Part shown: in pieces, positions 10,736-18,658 of the stretch
How positions within the stretch are numbered: position 1 is the first letter of the stretch
Layout of the letters: every line of letters starts with the position of its first letter
From: Gottfriedia acidiceleris
GTDB taxonomy: Bacteria; Bacillota; Bacilli; Bacillales; Bacillaceae_G
Assembly: GCF_050457485.1 (NCBI RefSeq)
Contig: NZ_JBCMJM010000017.1
Span: forward strand, 315,985-339,984
Direction: 5' to 3'
Length of the DNA: 24,000 nt
The notes under the pieces: generated by a model
The model's database searches: none
What the model was told of the DNA's origin: nothing
Seen by the model: the letters and a program-made list of their open reading frames with translations, nothing else
Made by a program: the position numbers and the translations under genes

Positions 10736-10975
10736 TTATTCAGCTACGTATGGTAATAAAGCCATTTGACGAGAGCGTTTGATTGCAATCGTTAATTTAC
10801 GTTGGTATTTCGCAGAAGTACCAGTTACACGACGAGGTAAAATTTTACCACGTTCAGAAACGAAACGTTTTAATAACTCAGTATCTTTGAAGTCAATTGT
10901 AGTGATGCCATTTGAAGTAAAGTAACAAACTTTACGACGTTTAGCGCGTCCACCTTTGCGTCCACCCATTGCCAT
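10736..10975 (-). CDS. rpsR: 30S ribosomal protein S18
   Basis: 79 aa containing RRKVCYF...IDFKD...[10 protein letters not shown]...QR, typical of S18. A GGAGGGA RBS precedes the ATG. Confidence 0.97.
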   Translation of the reverse strand: MAMGGRKGGRAKRRKVCYFTSNGITTIDFKDTELLKRFVSERGKILPRRVTGTSAKYQRKLTIAIKRSRQMALLPYVAE

Positions 10976-11049
10976 TGTTATTTCCCTCCTCTACTTAAAA
11001 ATTAGTTTTTTAGTAATGCTAACCGTTCAACATTACACTGTTTTTATTA

Positions 11050-11535
11050 TTAGAAAGGAAGATCGTCATCAGTAATATCAATCGTTTTGCTTGTCCCACC
11101 GAATGGATCATCATTAAAGCTAGGCTTCTGAGATGGTGCTTCGAAAGGATTTCCAGCGTTAAAACCTTGATTTTGTTGGTTCATACCGAATGAACCACCT
11201 TGGTTACCTGATGCATTTCTTGGTTCTAAGAATTGAACAGAGTCGGCTACAACTTCAGTTACATATACTCTCTTACCATCTTGACCATCAAAACTTCTAG
11301 TTTGAATACGTCCCTCAACGCCAGCTAAGCTTCCTTTTTTCAAGAAGTTTGCTACGTTTTCAGCAGGCTTTCTCCAGATAACGCAGTTAATAAAATCTGC
11401 ATCTCTTTCACCTTGCTGATTTGAGTAGGTACGATTCACCGCTAGAGTAAATGTTGCAACGGCAACCCCACTTGGCGTATAACGTAAGTCCGGATCCTTT
11501 GTTAAGCGACCTACAAGTACAACACGATTGATCAT
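11050..11535 (-). CDS. ssb: Single-stranded DNA-binding protein
   Basis: 161 aa. The OB fold begins [20 protein letters not shown], followed by a Gly/Gln/Asn-rich linker and the acidic tip DDDLPF. Confidence 0.97.
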   Translation of the reverse strand: MINRVVLVGRLTKDPDLRYTPSGVAVATFTLAVNRTYSNQQGERDADFINCVIWRKPAENVANFLKKGSLAGVEGRIQTRSFDGQDGKRVYVTEVVADSVQFLEPRNASGNQGGSFGMNQQNQGFNAGNPFEAPSQKPSFNDDPFGGTSKTIDITDDDLPF

Positions 11536-11569
11536 CTGATTCCTACCTCCCTAAAGCATTTAAAAAAAA

Positions 11570-11860
11570 TTATTTTTCTTCTTCACGGATAACGATGTGG
11601 CGGATGATATCTTCGCTGATTTTCGCTAAACGATCGAATTCTTGTACAGCTTCTGGCTTAGCAGAAACATTTACAAGCATGTAGTGTCCATCACGGAAAT
11701 CGTTAATTTCATAAGCTAAACGACGTTTACCCCACTCTTTAACGTTTGTGATTTCAGCACCTTGTTCAGTTAAAACGCCGTTGAAACGCTCAACTAATGC
11801 TTTTTGTGCTTCGTCTTCCATGTTTGGACGAACGATGTACATGATTTCGTATTTATTCAT
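11570..11860 (-). CDS. rpsF: 30S ribosomal protein S6
   Basis: I start at ATG 11860 ([12 protein letters not shown]..., 96 aa), with AAAGGAGGTG 8 nt upstream. The 17-codon extension in the track (to 11911) reads through the RBS and the leader. Confidence 0.95.
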   Translation of the reverse strand: MNKYEIMYIVRPNMEDEAQKALVERFNGVLTEQGAEITNVKEWGKRRLAYEINDFRDGHYMLVNVSAKPEAVQEFDRLAKISEDIIRHIVIREEEK

Positions 11861-11930
11861 CACAATGTCACCTCCTTTTGGTCTAACGGCCCAATTAAGG
11901 GCAAGGAGCAATTTAATTAATCACTCACGA
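11861..11930 (-). promoter_or_regulatory. rpsF 5' leader with an SD-sequestering stem-loop; candidate S6:S18 autoregulatory leader
   Basis: The minus-strand RNA reads CUCCUU-GCCC-UUAAUU-GGGC-CGUUAGACCAA-AAGGAG. The anti-SD is at plus-strand 11903-11908 and pairs with the SD at 11872-11877. Inside it is a 4-bp hairpin at 11889-11902. A structured rpsF leader bound by S6:S18 has been described in bacteria, but I could not run a covariance-model search. Confidence 0.4.
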
Positions 11931-11936
11931 GTTAAA

Positions 11937-11965
11937 ATTATAGCATAGTTTTTTAAAGATAGCAA
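11937..11965 (-). promoter_or_regulatory. Candidate sigma-A promoter of rpsF-ssb-rpsR
   Basis: On the minus strand I read TTGCTA (11965-11960), a 17-nt spacer, then the extended -10 TGcTATAAT (hexamer at 11942-11937). Confidence 0.55.
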
Positions 11966-11990
11966 ATCAATAATTCATTTGCTATTCTCA

Positions 11991-13091
11991 TTAAACATTA
12001 AATCGGAAATGCATTACATCTCCATCTTGTACGATATACTCTTTACCTTCAAGACGTACTTTACCTGCTTCTTTTGCTGCTGTCATGTTACCATAAGTCG
12101 CTAAATCTTCAAAAGAAACTGTTTCTGCGCGGATAAAGCCACGTTCGAAGTCACTATGAATTACGCCAGCACATTGTGGAGCTTTCATACCTTTTTTAAA
12201 TGTCCAAGCTCTTACTTCTTGTACACCTGCAGTGAAATAAGTTGCCAATCCTAATAAAGAATAAGCTGCACGAATTAATTGATCTAAACCTGATTCTTCA
12301 ATTCCAAGTTCTTGAAGGAATGTACGTTTCTCTTCATCATCTAACTCAGCAATTTCTTCTTCAATTTTTGCACTAATTACAATTACTTGAGAACCTTCTT
12401 CAGCTGCAAATTCTCTTACTTTTTCAACGTATTCGTTTGATGAAGCGTCTGCGATGTCTTCTTCACCAACATTTGTGATGTAAAGCATTGGCTTAGTCGT
12501 TAATAAATGTAATCCTTTTACTACTTTCATTTGCTCTTCCGTAAACTCTACTGAACGAGCTGGCTTGTCATTTTCAAATGCTTCTCTTAATTTTACTAAA
12601 ATTTCATGTTCATAAGATGCATCTTTATCTTTTTGTTTCGCTAATTTAGCTACACGGTCAATACGTTTTTCAACTGATTCTAAGTCTGCAAGAATTAGTT
12701 CTAAGTTAATTGTTTCAATATCTGCAATTGGATCTACTTTTCCAGATACGTGAGTAATATTATCATCTGCAAAGCAACGTACTACTTGGCAAATTGCGTC
12801 CACTTCACGAATATGAGATAAAAACTTATTTCCTAATCCTTCACCTTTACTTGCACCTTTAACGATCCCTGCGATATCAGTAAATTCAAAAGTTGTTGGA
12901 ACAGTTTTTTTAGGTTGAACTAATTCAGTTAATTTTTCTAAACGATAATCTGGTACTTCTACTACACCTACGTTTGGATCAATTGTACAAAACGGATAGT
13001 TAGCTGATTCAGCACCCGCTTGTGTAATTGCATTAAATAATGTCGACTTTCCTACGTTTGGTAATCCTACGATTCCTGCTGTTAATGGCAT
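11991..13091 (-). CDS. ychF: Ribosome-binding ATPase YchF (Obg-like, formerly YyaF)
   Basis: I start at ATG 13091 ([17 protein letters not shown], 366 aa), with GGAG 8 nt upstream. The track start at 13100 is a GTG inside the RBS. The protein has a G1 P-loop, a coiled-coil insert and a C-terminal TGS domain. Confidence 0.95.
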   Translation of the reverse strand: MPLTAGIVGLPNVGKSTLFNAITQAGAESANYPFCTIDPNVGVVEVPDYRLEKLTELVQPKKTVPTTFEFTDIAGIVKGASKGEGLGNKFLSHIREVDAICQVVRCFADDNITHVSGKVDPIADIETINLELILADLESVEKRIDRVAKLAKQKDKDASYEHEILVKLREAFENDKPARSVEFTEEQMKVVKGLHLLTTKPMLYITNVGEEDIADASSNEYVEKVREFAAEEGSQVIVISAKIEEEIAELDDEEKRTFLQELGIEESGLDQLIRAAYSLLGLATYFTAGVQEVRAWTFKKGMKAPQCAGVIHSDFERGFIRAETVSFEDLATYGNMTAAKEAGKVRLEGKEYIVQDGDVMHFRFNV

Positions 13092-13129
13092 ATTTTCCAC
13101 TCCTATACGAACTTAGTTAATCTTTCACA

Positions 13130-13158
13130 ATTATATTGATTTCAAAAAAAAATAACAA
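13130..13158 (-). promoter_or_regulatory. Candidate sigma-A promoter of ychF
   Basis: On the minus strand I read TTGTTA (13158-13153), a 17-nt spacer containing a 9-T run, then a perfect TATAAT (13135-13130). Confidence 0.45.
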
Positions 13159-13180
13159 GAAAATCTGAATATTAATTCTA

Positions 13181-13235
13181 AACATACGAAAGGTATCTAA
13201 TACAAGCGATTCTTCAAATCGCCCTACTAGATACC
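13181..13235 (-). terminator. Possible terminator after the mscS-DUF951 pair
   Basis: This is a compound hairpin. The outer stem is GGTATCTA/TAGATACC (13192-13199 pairing with 13228-13235), and the inner stem is GCGATT/AATCGC (13206-13211 pairing with 13217-13222). The following U-tract on the minus strand is weak and interrupted (TTTCGTATGTT). Confidence 0.4.
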
Positions 13236-13254
13236 CATTGATTTAAAAATCGTC

Positions 13255-13452
13255 CTACTCTTCAGATCGTACTAAAACTTTTTTTAATTTTCGTGTGAAC
13301 TCTCTGCGAGGTATTAAAACGCTATGCTCACATCCCTCACATTTTAATCGAATGTCCATACCCATTCGAATAATTTTCCATCTGTTCACTCCACAAGGAT
13401 GAGGTTTTTTCATTTCTACTATATCATTTAGGTTAAATTCTTTTTCTTCCAT
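13255..13452 (-). CDS. Small conserved protein of unknown function, DUF951 (YyzM-like)
   Basis: 65 aa containing KKPHPCG and KCEGCEH, which gives 3 Cys and 2 His that could bind a metal. It sits between mscS and ychF, a position I recall for other Bacillaceae. Confidence 0.75.
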   Translation of the reverse strand: MEEKEFNLNDIVEMKKPHPCGVNRWKIIRMGMDIRLKCEGCEHSVLIPRREFTRKLKKVLVRSEE

Positions 13453-13489
13453 GTGAAAACTTCACTTCCTTAAAATAGTAGCATACAAA

Positions 13490-14386
13490 CTATACATTCG
13501 CATTTTCATTTTTAGTTTCTGGTTGTTTATATAATACCATCTTTGGATACGAAATTTCTATGTTATTTCTTTCAAGTACTTCCTTAATTTCTTTTCGAAT
13601 TGCTCTAGAAATTTTAAACTGTGTCATTGCTCTAACTTCTGAAGAGATTCGCAATGTTACTTCAGATGGACCTAAGTTTTGTATCCCAAGAAATTCTGGA
13701 GGTTTTACCATTTCTTCATATCTAGCTGGCATAGTTTCTAAATGTTCTTCAATTACATTTTGTGCATGTTCAATATCGCCCTCATATGAAATACTAACAT
13801 CGACCAATGCCACAGCATTATGTAATGAAAAATTGGTTACTTCAGTAATCATTCCATTTTGGATGATATGAAGCTCACCAGTTCCGCTTCTAATTTTAGT
13901 TGTTTTTAAACCAATTGATAGTACTGTTCCTTCGAAAGTTTGAACTCTAATGTAGTCACCAACTGAAAATTGATCTTCAAACAAAATAAAAAATCCAGAA
14001 ATGATATCTTTTACTAAGCTTTGTGCACCAAAACCAATTGCTACGCCACCTATTCCTGCTCCAACTAAAAGTCCTTTTATTTCCACACCAAATATCGGGA
14101 GAATCGTTAAAGCAGCAATAAAGAATATGACATATGCAAGTACATTTTCCATCAATTTAATAAGTGTTACTGATCTTCTTTCTGATACTTGTAACGGTCC
14201 TCTAGCATTAACCTTTAAAAGATTACGGATTAACTTTCTTCCGAGTTTTACAGCCAATACTGAAACGATAATAATTAGAGCTATTTTTATTGATGAATTT
14301 AAAATTGTGTCCCATTGTTCCGGAGTTAGCATGCTTTTTTTTATTACTTTTTCAGCATTTTCTATTTTATCTGCTGCATTATTCAT
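13490..14386 (-). CDS. MscS-family small-conductance mechanosensitive channel
   Basis: 298 aa. Three TM helices end in the pore-lining signature GVAIGFGAQSLVKDIISGFFILFEDQFSVGDYI, followed by the beta and alpha/beta cytoplasmic domains. Confidence 0.85.
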   Translation of the reverse strand: MNNAADKIENAEKVIKKSMLTPEQWDTILNSSIKIALIIIVSVLAVKLGRKLIRNLLKVNARGPLQVSERRSVTLIKLMENVLAYVIFFIAALTILPIFGVEIKGLLVGAGIGGVAIGFGAQSLVKDIISGFFILFEDQFSVGDYIRVQTFEGTVLSIGLKTTKIRSGTGELHIIQNGMITEVTNFSLHNAVALVDVSISYEGDIEHAQNVIEEHLETMPARYEEMVKPPEFLGIQNLGPSEVTLRISSEVRAMTQFKISRAIRKEIKEVLERNNIEISYPKMVLYKQPETKNENANV

Positions 14387-14579
14387 ACTGTCTTTTCCCC
14401 CTATCTATTTTCAAGTGACTTCAATCGTAATACTAAACGAATTATCATTTTAAAACTACAAATATGAACAAATGTAATAATAGTTTAATTTAATAACGAA
14501 GATCGCTTGACGAAAGTATAAATTGTTTAAATTTTGCATAAACTAATACTACTCTCTTAAATGAAAAGTAGGCGATATT

Positions 14580-15167
14580 ATGCAATTTTCAGCAAATCCT
14601 TTGCGTAACCTATTCAAGGATGATTATTCTGTATTTCTAGATGACGAAAACGCTATTAACAGATTTGCAGATCGTTTATGTAAGTCGCTTCCAAGTGTAC
14701 ACACTAAAGAAATTGTTTTTGTATGTATTGGAACTGACCGTTCTACGGGAGACTCTTTAGGTCCTTTAGTTGGAACCATGTTAGGAGAATTAAACTTAAG
14801 TAGGTTTCATTATTATGGTACTCTTGATGAGCCAATTCATGCGTTAAATCTTTCAGAACAACTTGAAAGAATTAAAGGTAAATATAACAATCCATTTATC
14901 ATTGCTGTAGATGCATGTTTAGGCAGAGTAAAAAGTATTGGTAGTGTACGTTTATCCAATGGTCCGTTAAAACCTGGTGCGGCAATGAAAAAAGAATTAC
15001 CTTTAGTTGGCGAAATTAATTTAACCGGAGTTGTAAATGTTAGTGGATTTATGGAATTCTACGTTCTACAAAATACTAGATTAAGCCTTGTAATGAAAAT
15101 GGCTAAGTTTATTGCGAATTCAATTAAAGAAACTGAAAGAAAATTTACGTGCCAATTAGATTTTTAA
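14580..15167 (+). CDS. yyaC: Putative sporulation protein YyaC (GPR/HybD-like endopeptidase fold)
   Basis: 195 aa. It contains VCIGTDRSTGDSLGPLVG and IAVDACLGR motifs that match my memory of B. subtilis YyaC. It is the only plus-strand gene and is convergent with parB, as in Bacillus. Confidence 0.85.
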   Translation: MQFSANPLRNLFKDDYSVFLDDENAINRFADRLCKSLPSVHTKEIVFVCIGTDRSTGDSLGPLVGTMLGELNLSRFHYYGTLDEPIHALNLSEQLERIKGKYNNPFIIAVDACLGRVKSIGSVRLSNGPLKPGAAMKKELPLVGEINLTGVVNVSGFMEFYVLQNTRLSLVMKMAKFIANSIKETERKFTCQLDF

Positions 15168-15183
15168 CATAATAGTTTCCTAA

Positions 15184-15289
15184 CTTTCAATTATAAAAAG
15201 GTCAGATAAAAACAAAAAGGGAGTATTAACTGCATTGGAAGCCAACACATTTAATATTCCCTATTAATAACTCATTTTATAATTGAAAG
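15184..15289. repeat. Nested inverted repeat: 15-bp perfect outer arms enclosing the parB terminator hairpin
   Basis: CTTTCAATTATAAAA (15184-15198) is the exact reverse complement of TTTTATAATTGAAAG (15275-15289). The right arm encodes the last codons of parB (LSIIK). The arms enclose the inner stem at 15219-15229 and 15251-15261. Confidence 0.8.
15208..15261 (-). terminator. Rho-independent terminator of soj-spo0J
   Basis: The stem is GGGAaTATTAA/TTAATAcTCCC (11 bp with 1 mismatch) with a structured 21-nt loop (TTGG/CCAA). On the minus strand it is followed by TTTTTGTTTTT (plus-strand 15208-15218). Confidence 0.6.
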
Positions 15290-16108
15290 GATTCTCTCCA
15301 AATCCTCTTTGTTAAAGAATTGGATTTCTATTTTCCCTTTATCTTTAGCCGATTTAATTTTAACTGACGTTCCGAATTTTTCTTGTAAAAGATCCTCATA
15401 CTCACTAAAAAATATGTTTTTAGTCGGAGTTTTCTTTGATGTTTCACGTGAAACATTTTCATTTAGCTCATTGACTAACGTTTCAACTTCACGAACACTT
15501 AGGTTTTTTCCAATTACTTTTAGTGCGGTACCTTCAATTAATCCTTTTCGTTTTAACCCTAAAAGTGCTCTTCCATGCCCCATTGAGAGAGTGCCTTCTT
15601 CAACCATTTTTTGAACAGAGTTAGGTAAAGTTAAAATTCTTAAATAGTTAGCAATATGTGGACGACTTTTTCCAAGTTTCTTTGCCAGTTGTTCTTGTGT
15701 TAAGTGTAATTGTTCAATTAAAGTTTGATATGCTTCAGCTTCTTCAAGAGGATTTAAATCATCTCGCTGTAAATTTTCTAATACAGCTAACTCCATCATT
15801 TGCTCTTCTGTAAGGTCTCTTACAATAACTGGAACTGTATTTAAACCTGCATTTTTTGCAGCGCGATATCGTCTTTCTCCAGCAACGATTTGGAAACCTT
15901 TTATGCTTTTTCTCGCAATGATTGGTTGAAGAATTCCATGTTCAATCACTGACTGAGTTAATTCTAACATTGCAGTCTCATCAAATACTTTGCGAGGTTG
16001 GTATGGGTTAGGTCTAAGTTCTTTTAGATCAATTTCCTGAACTAACTCTTCTTGTTGATTTATATCTTGAAAAAATGCTCCAATACCTTTACCTAAACCT
16101 TTAGCCAT
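15272..16108 (-). CDS. spo0J: Chromosome partitioning protein ParB (Spo0J)
   Basis: I start at ATG 16108 (MAKGLGKGIGAFF, 278 aa), with AAAGGAAGTG 7 nt upstream. The CDS overlaps the end of soj by 8 nt. The N-terminal domain has ParB box motifs including GERRYRAA, followed by an HTH, and the gene carries an internal parS. Confidence 0.95.
   Translation of the reverse strand: MAKGLGKGIGAFFQDINQQEELVQEIDLKELRPNPYQPRKVFDETAMLELTQSVIEHGILQPIIARKSIKGFQIVAGERRYRAAKNAGLNTVPVIVRDLTEEQMMELAVLENLQRDDLNPLEEAEAYQTLIEQLHLTQEQLAKKLGKSRPHIANYLRILTLPNSVQKMVEEGTLSMGHGRALLGLKRKGLIEGTALKVIGKNLSVREVETLVNELNENVSRETSKKTPTKNIFFSEYEDLLQEKFGTSVKIKSAKDKGKIEIQFFNKEDLERILSIIK
15440..15455. other. parS: parS site, perfect TGTTTCACGTGAAACA, inside parB/spo0J
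   Basis: Exact consensus 16-mer; the palindrome extends to 18 bp (15439-15456). It encodes V-S-R-E-T (context NENVSRETSKK). This corresponds to the classical parS inside spo0J of B. subtilis. Confidence 0.9.
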
Positions 16109-16862
16109 TATCAATCACTTCCTTTGCTAGATCGAGATATACTTCTGCACCTCTTGACTTTGGATCATATGTAATGATCGGTTTACCATGACTTGGTGCT
16201 TCACTTAAGCGTACATTTCTTGGAATAATTGATTTATAGACGCGATCTTGAAAATATTTTTTTACTTCTTCTATAACTTGGAGCCCTAAATTTGTACGAG
16301 CATCTAGCATTGTTAACAATACACCTTCAATTGCTAAATTTTTATTTAAATGTTTTTGTACTAAACGTACAGTACTTAATAGCTGACTTAAACCTTCAAG
16401 TGCGTAATACTCACACTGAACTGGAATAATAATCGAATCAGATGCAGTTAGTGAGTTTAAAGTTAATAACCCTAGTGATGGAGGACAATCTATTAAAATA
16501 TAATCATAGTTACCTTTTACTGTATCTAAAGCGCGCTTTAATCGTACTTCTCTAGAAATAGTAGGTACTAATTCAATTTCTGCTCCAGCAAGTTGAATTG
16601 TTGCTGGAATAATATCAAAATTTGGAATAGCAGTGTTTAAAATGACATTTTTCGCCTCAACATCATCAACTAATACATTGTAAACGCACTGATTTACATC
16701 AGCTTTTTCAATTCCAATACCACTAGTTGCATTACCTTGAGGATCTATATCGACTAGTAATACTTTTTTTCCTAAGTGAGCTAAACAAGCACTTAAATTT
16801 ACAGATGTTGTAGTCTTACCAACACCACCTTTTTGATTAGCTATAGAGATTACTTTAACCAC
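16101..16862 (-). CDS. soj: Chromosome partitioning ATPase ParA (Soj)
   Basis: The deviant Walker A is NQKGGVGKTT. I prefer the GTG start at 16862, which gives MVKVISIANQKGG and 253 aa, the length I recall for B. subtilis Soj. GAAGGAG lies 11 nt upstream. The TTG at 16892 used by the track has no RBS. Confidence 0.9.
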   Translation of the reverse strand: MVKVISIANQKGGVGKTTTSVNLSACLAHLGKKVLLVDIDPQGNATSGIGIEKADVNQCVYNVLVDDVEAKNVILNTAIPNFDIIPATIQLAGAEIELVPTISREVRLKRALDTVKGNYDYILIDCPPSLGLLTLNSLTASDSIIIPVQCEYYALEGLSQLLSTVRLVQKHLNKNLAIEGVLLTMLDARTNLGLQVIEEVKKYFQDRVYKSIIPRNVRLSEAPSHGKPIITYDPKSRGAEVYLDLAKEVIDNG

Positions 16863-16951
16863 TATGTAATCTACTCCTTCCACAACAAACAATTCTTATT
16901 TTCTATTTTACCATGAATAGATTCATCGTTGTGTCTAGATTTAAAAATGAA

Positions 16952-16984
16952 TAAAAAAATTCACCACTGAAAAGAGGTGAATTT
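16952..16984 (-). terminator. Rho-independent terminator after noc
   Basis: The stem is AAATTCACC/GGTGAATTT (16957-16965 pairing with 16976-16984) with a 10-nt loop and TTTTTTTAT on the minus strand. It lies 5 nt after the noc TAA. Confidence 0.8.
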
Positions 16985-16989
16985 AATGT

Positions 16990-17832
16990 TTATTTTTTTG
17001 GTATTTTAATTGTTATTTGGTAATAGTCATCATGTTCTTCTTCTTGACTATCAATATTCATGCCTGTTTTAGTAACCATTTGTAAAGATTCACGGATCGT
17101 ATTCATCGCAATTCTAATGTCTTTACTAATGGCCTTAAATTTACGTTTAGCCTTTGGTTTTTTCTCAGTAAGTAATGTAACAACTCGTTCTTCTGTTTGT
17201 TTAACATTCAACTGTTTATCAATTATTTCATGAAGAAGAGTAATTTGTAGTTGAGGCAACTTTAATGGAATAAGTGCTCGTGCATGACGTTCCGTAATCG
17301 ACTTATCCAATAATGCTTGTTGTATTTCCCCAGGAAGCTTCAACAATCTCAGTTTATTTGCAACAGTCGATTGACCTTTACCTAGTCGCTGAGCTAGAGC
17401 CTCTTGAGTTAAGTTATGTAAATCAATTAGTTTTTGGTAAGCTACGGCTTCTTCAAAAGGAGAAAGTTCTTCACGTTGTAAATTTTCAATCAGAGCGACG
17501 GAGGCAGTCTCTGTATCGTTAAACGTTTTTACAATTGCAGGAATTGTATCCCAACCTAAAGATGAAACAGCCCTGAATCTTCTTTCCCCGGCAATTATTT
17601 CATAAAAGTTTGGTCTAATTTCCCTAACGACAATTGGTTGAATAATTCCATGAGTTCGAATCGTTAGCGCTAGTTCTTTAATTTTTTCATCATCAAAGAA
17701 TGTTCTAGGCTGATACTGATTCGGTACAATGTCCGATACTGGAATTTGGCGAATAACTTCATTACTCGAAACCGAATCTTCATTATTTTCTTTTTCTGAT
17801 AAGCCAAATAACCTAGATAATGTGCTTTTCAA
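16990..17832 (-). CDS. noc: Nucleoid occlusion protein Noc (ParB paralogue)
   Basis: I start at TTG 17832 ([15 protein letters not shown]..., 280 aa), with AAGGGTGGG 7 nt upstream. This N-terminus is collinear with my memory of B. subtilis Noc (MKHSFSRFFGLGEKE). The protein has the GERRFRAV motif and an HTH at [22 protein letters not shown]. The 23-codon extension in the track begins at an ATG created by the parS palindrome. Confidence 0.9.
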   Translation of the reverse strand: MKSTLSRLFGLSEKENNEDSVSSNEVIRQIPVSDIVPNQYQPRTFFDDEKIKELALTIRTHGIIQPIVVREIRPNFYEIIAGERRFRAVSSLGWDTIPAIVKTFNDTETASVALIENLQREELSPFEEAVAYQKLIDLHNLTQEALAQRLGKGQSTVANKLRLLKLPGEIQQALLDKSITERHARALIPLKLPQLQITLLHEIIDKQLNVKQTEERVVTLLTEKKPKAKRKFKAISKDIRIAMNTIRESLQMVTKTGMNIDSQEEEHDDYYQITIKIPKK

Positions 17833-17884
17833 TGTGATTCCCACCCTTTTAGAATTTCGTTCACAATAGAATAAACATAACAAA

Positions 17885-17900
17885 TGTTTCACGTGAAACA
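17885..17900. other. parS: parS site, perfect TGTTTCACGTGAAACA, intergenic between rsmG and noc
   Basis: Exact consensus 16-mer at the centre of a 30-bp perfect palindrome TAACAAATGTTTCACGTGAAACATTTGTTA (17878-17907). Confidence 0.9.
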
Positions 17901-17917
17901 TTTGTTAGTTTATCATA

Positions 17918-18637
17918 TTAAACCTCTAATGGTTCTTTACCAGGGGTACCCGGTTTGCGGGGGTACTTAGTTGGTGTTTTGCGTTTCTTTTCTACTATAA
18001 CAATATTTCGATCACTGTCTTCGCTTGGGAGAGTGAAGTGATTAATTGATTTAACTTCTCCACCAAGTGTTTTTATAGCATAATTTGCTTTATCCAACTC
18101 TTCTTGACCGGCAGCGCCTTTAAGTGCAACAAAATAGCCATTTTGTCTAACAAGTGGTAAGCATAATTCAGTTAACACTGACATTCTAGCAACTGCTCTA
18201 GCAGTTACAACATCGAAAGATTCTCTCATACCAGTTCTTTTAGCAAAAGTTTCTGCTCGATCATGAATAAATGATACATTCTCTAATTGTAATTCCTTCG
18301 CTAAATGGTTTAGAAATGTAATCCTTTTTTGAAGGGAGTCTACGATCGTTAATTTGATAGATGGGAAACATATTTTAATTGGGATAGAGGGGAAGCCCGC
18401 TCCTGCACCAATATCACATAAAGTAATTTCATTAGCAAAGTCAAAATAAAAGGCAGCGCTAATTGAATCATAAAAATGTTTTAAATATACTTCTTCTTCT
18501 TCTGTAATAGCAGTTAAGTTCATTTTATTATTCCACTCAACTAATGTGTGAAAATATATATCAAATTGTTTTAATTGAAAATCTGACAAATGGATTCCTT
18601 TATCTTTAAGAGCAGCGATAAATTGTTCTTTATTCAC
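17918..18637 (-). CDS. rsmG: 16S rRNA (guanine527-N7)-methyltransferase RsmG (GidB)
   Basis: 239 aa with the SAM-binding motif [12 protein letters not shown]. The start is GTG (18637-18635) with AGGGG 8 nt upstream. It follows mnmG as in the gid operon. Confidence 0.95.
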   Translation of the reverse strand: MNKEQFIAALKDKGIHLSDFQLKQFDIYFHTLVEWNNKMNLTAITEEEEVYLKHFYDSISAAFYFDFANEITLCDIGAGAGFPSIPIKICFPSIKLTIVDSLQKRITFLNHLAKELQLENVSFIHDRAETFAKRTGMRESFDVVTARAVARMSVLTELCLPLVRQNGYFVALKGAAGQEELDKANYAIKTLGGEVKSINHFTLPSEDSDRNIVIVEKKRKTPTKYPRKPGTPGKEPLEV

Positions 18638-18658
18638 TAGTAATACCCCTATCTATTA

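Noticed and set aside
11959-11985. Hairpin ATAGCAAAT-9 nt-ATTTGCTAT after ychF as a terminator
   Set aside because: On the minus strand it is followed by CTTTAAAAAA rather than a U-tract, and it overlaps the predicted -35 of the rpsF promoter. Its role is ambiguous, so I did not call it as a feature.
14001-14453. 150-aa plus-strand ORF antisense to mscS; the same applies to 13560..13871, 15309..15614, 17313..17522, 18961..19226, 22237..22437, 9152..9346, 7328..7540, 4561..4830, 3141..3473, 1678..1875 and 11748..11948
   Set aside because: All are antisense shadows of strong minus-strand genes. None has an SD sequence or a recognisable motif. The compositions are what reverse-frame codon bias would produce.
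17833-17901. N-terminal extension of noc ([23 protein letters not shown])
   Set aside because: Its ATG is created by the flank of the parS palindrome (ATG TTT CAC GTG AAA CAT), and there is no RBS. Homologue alignment and the AAGGGTGGG RBS support the TTG at 17832.
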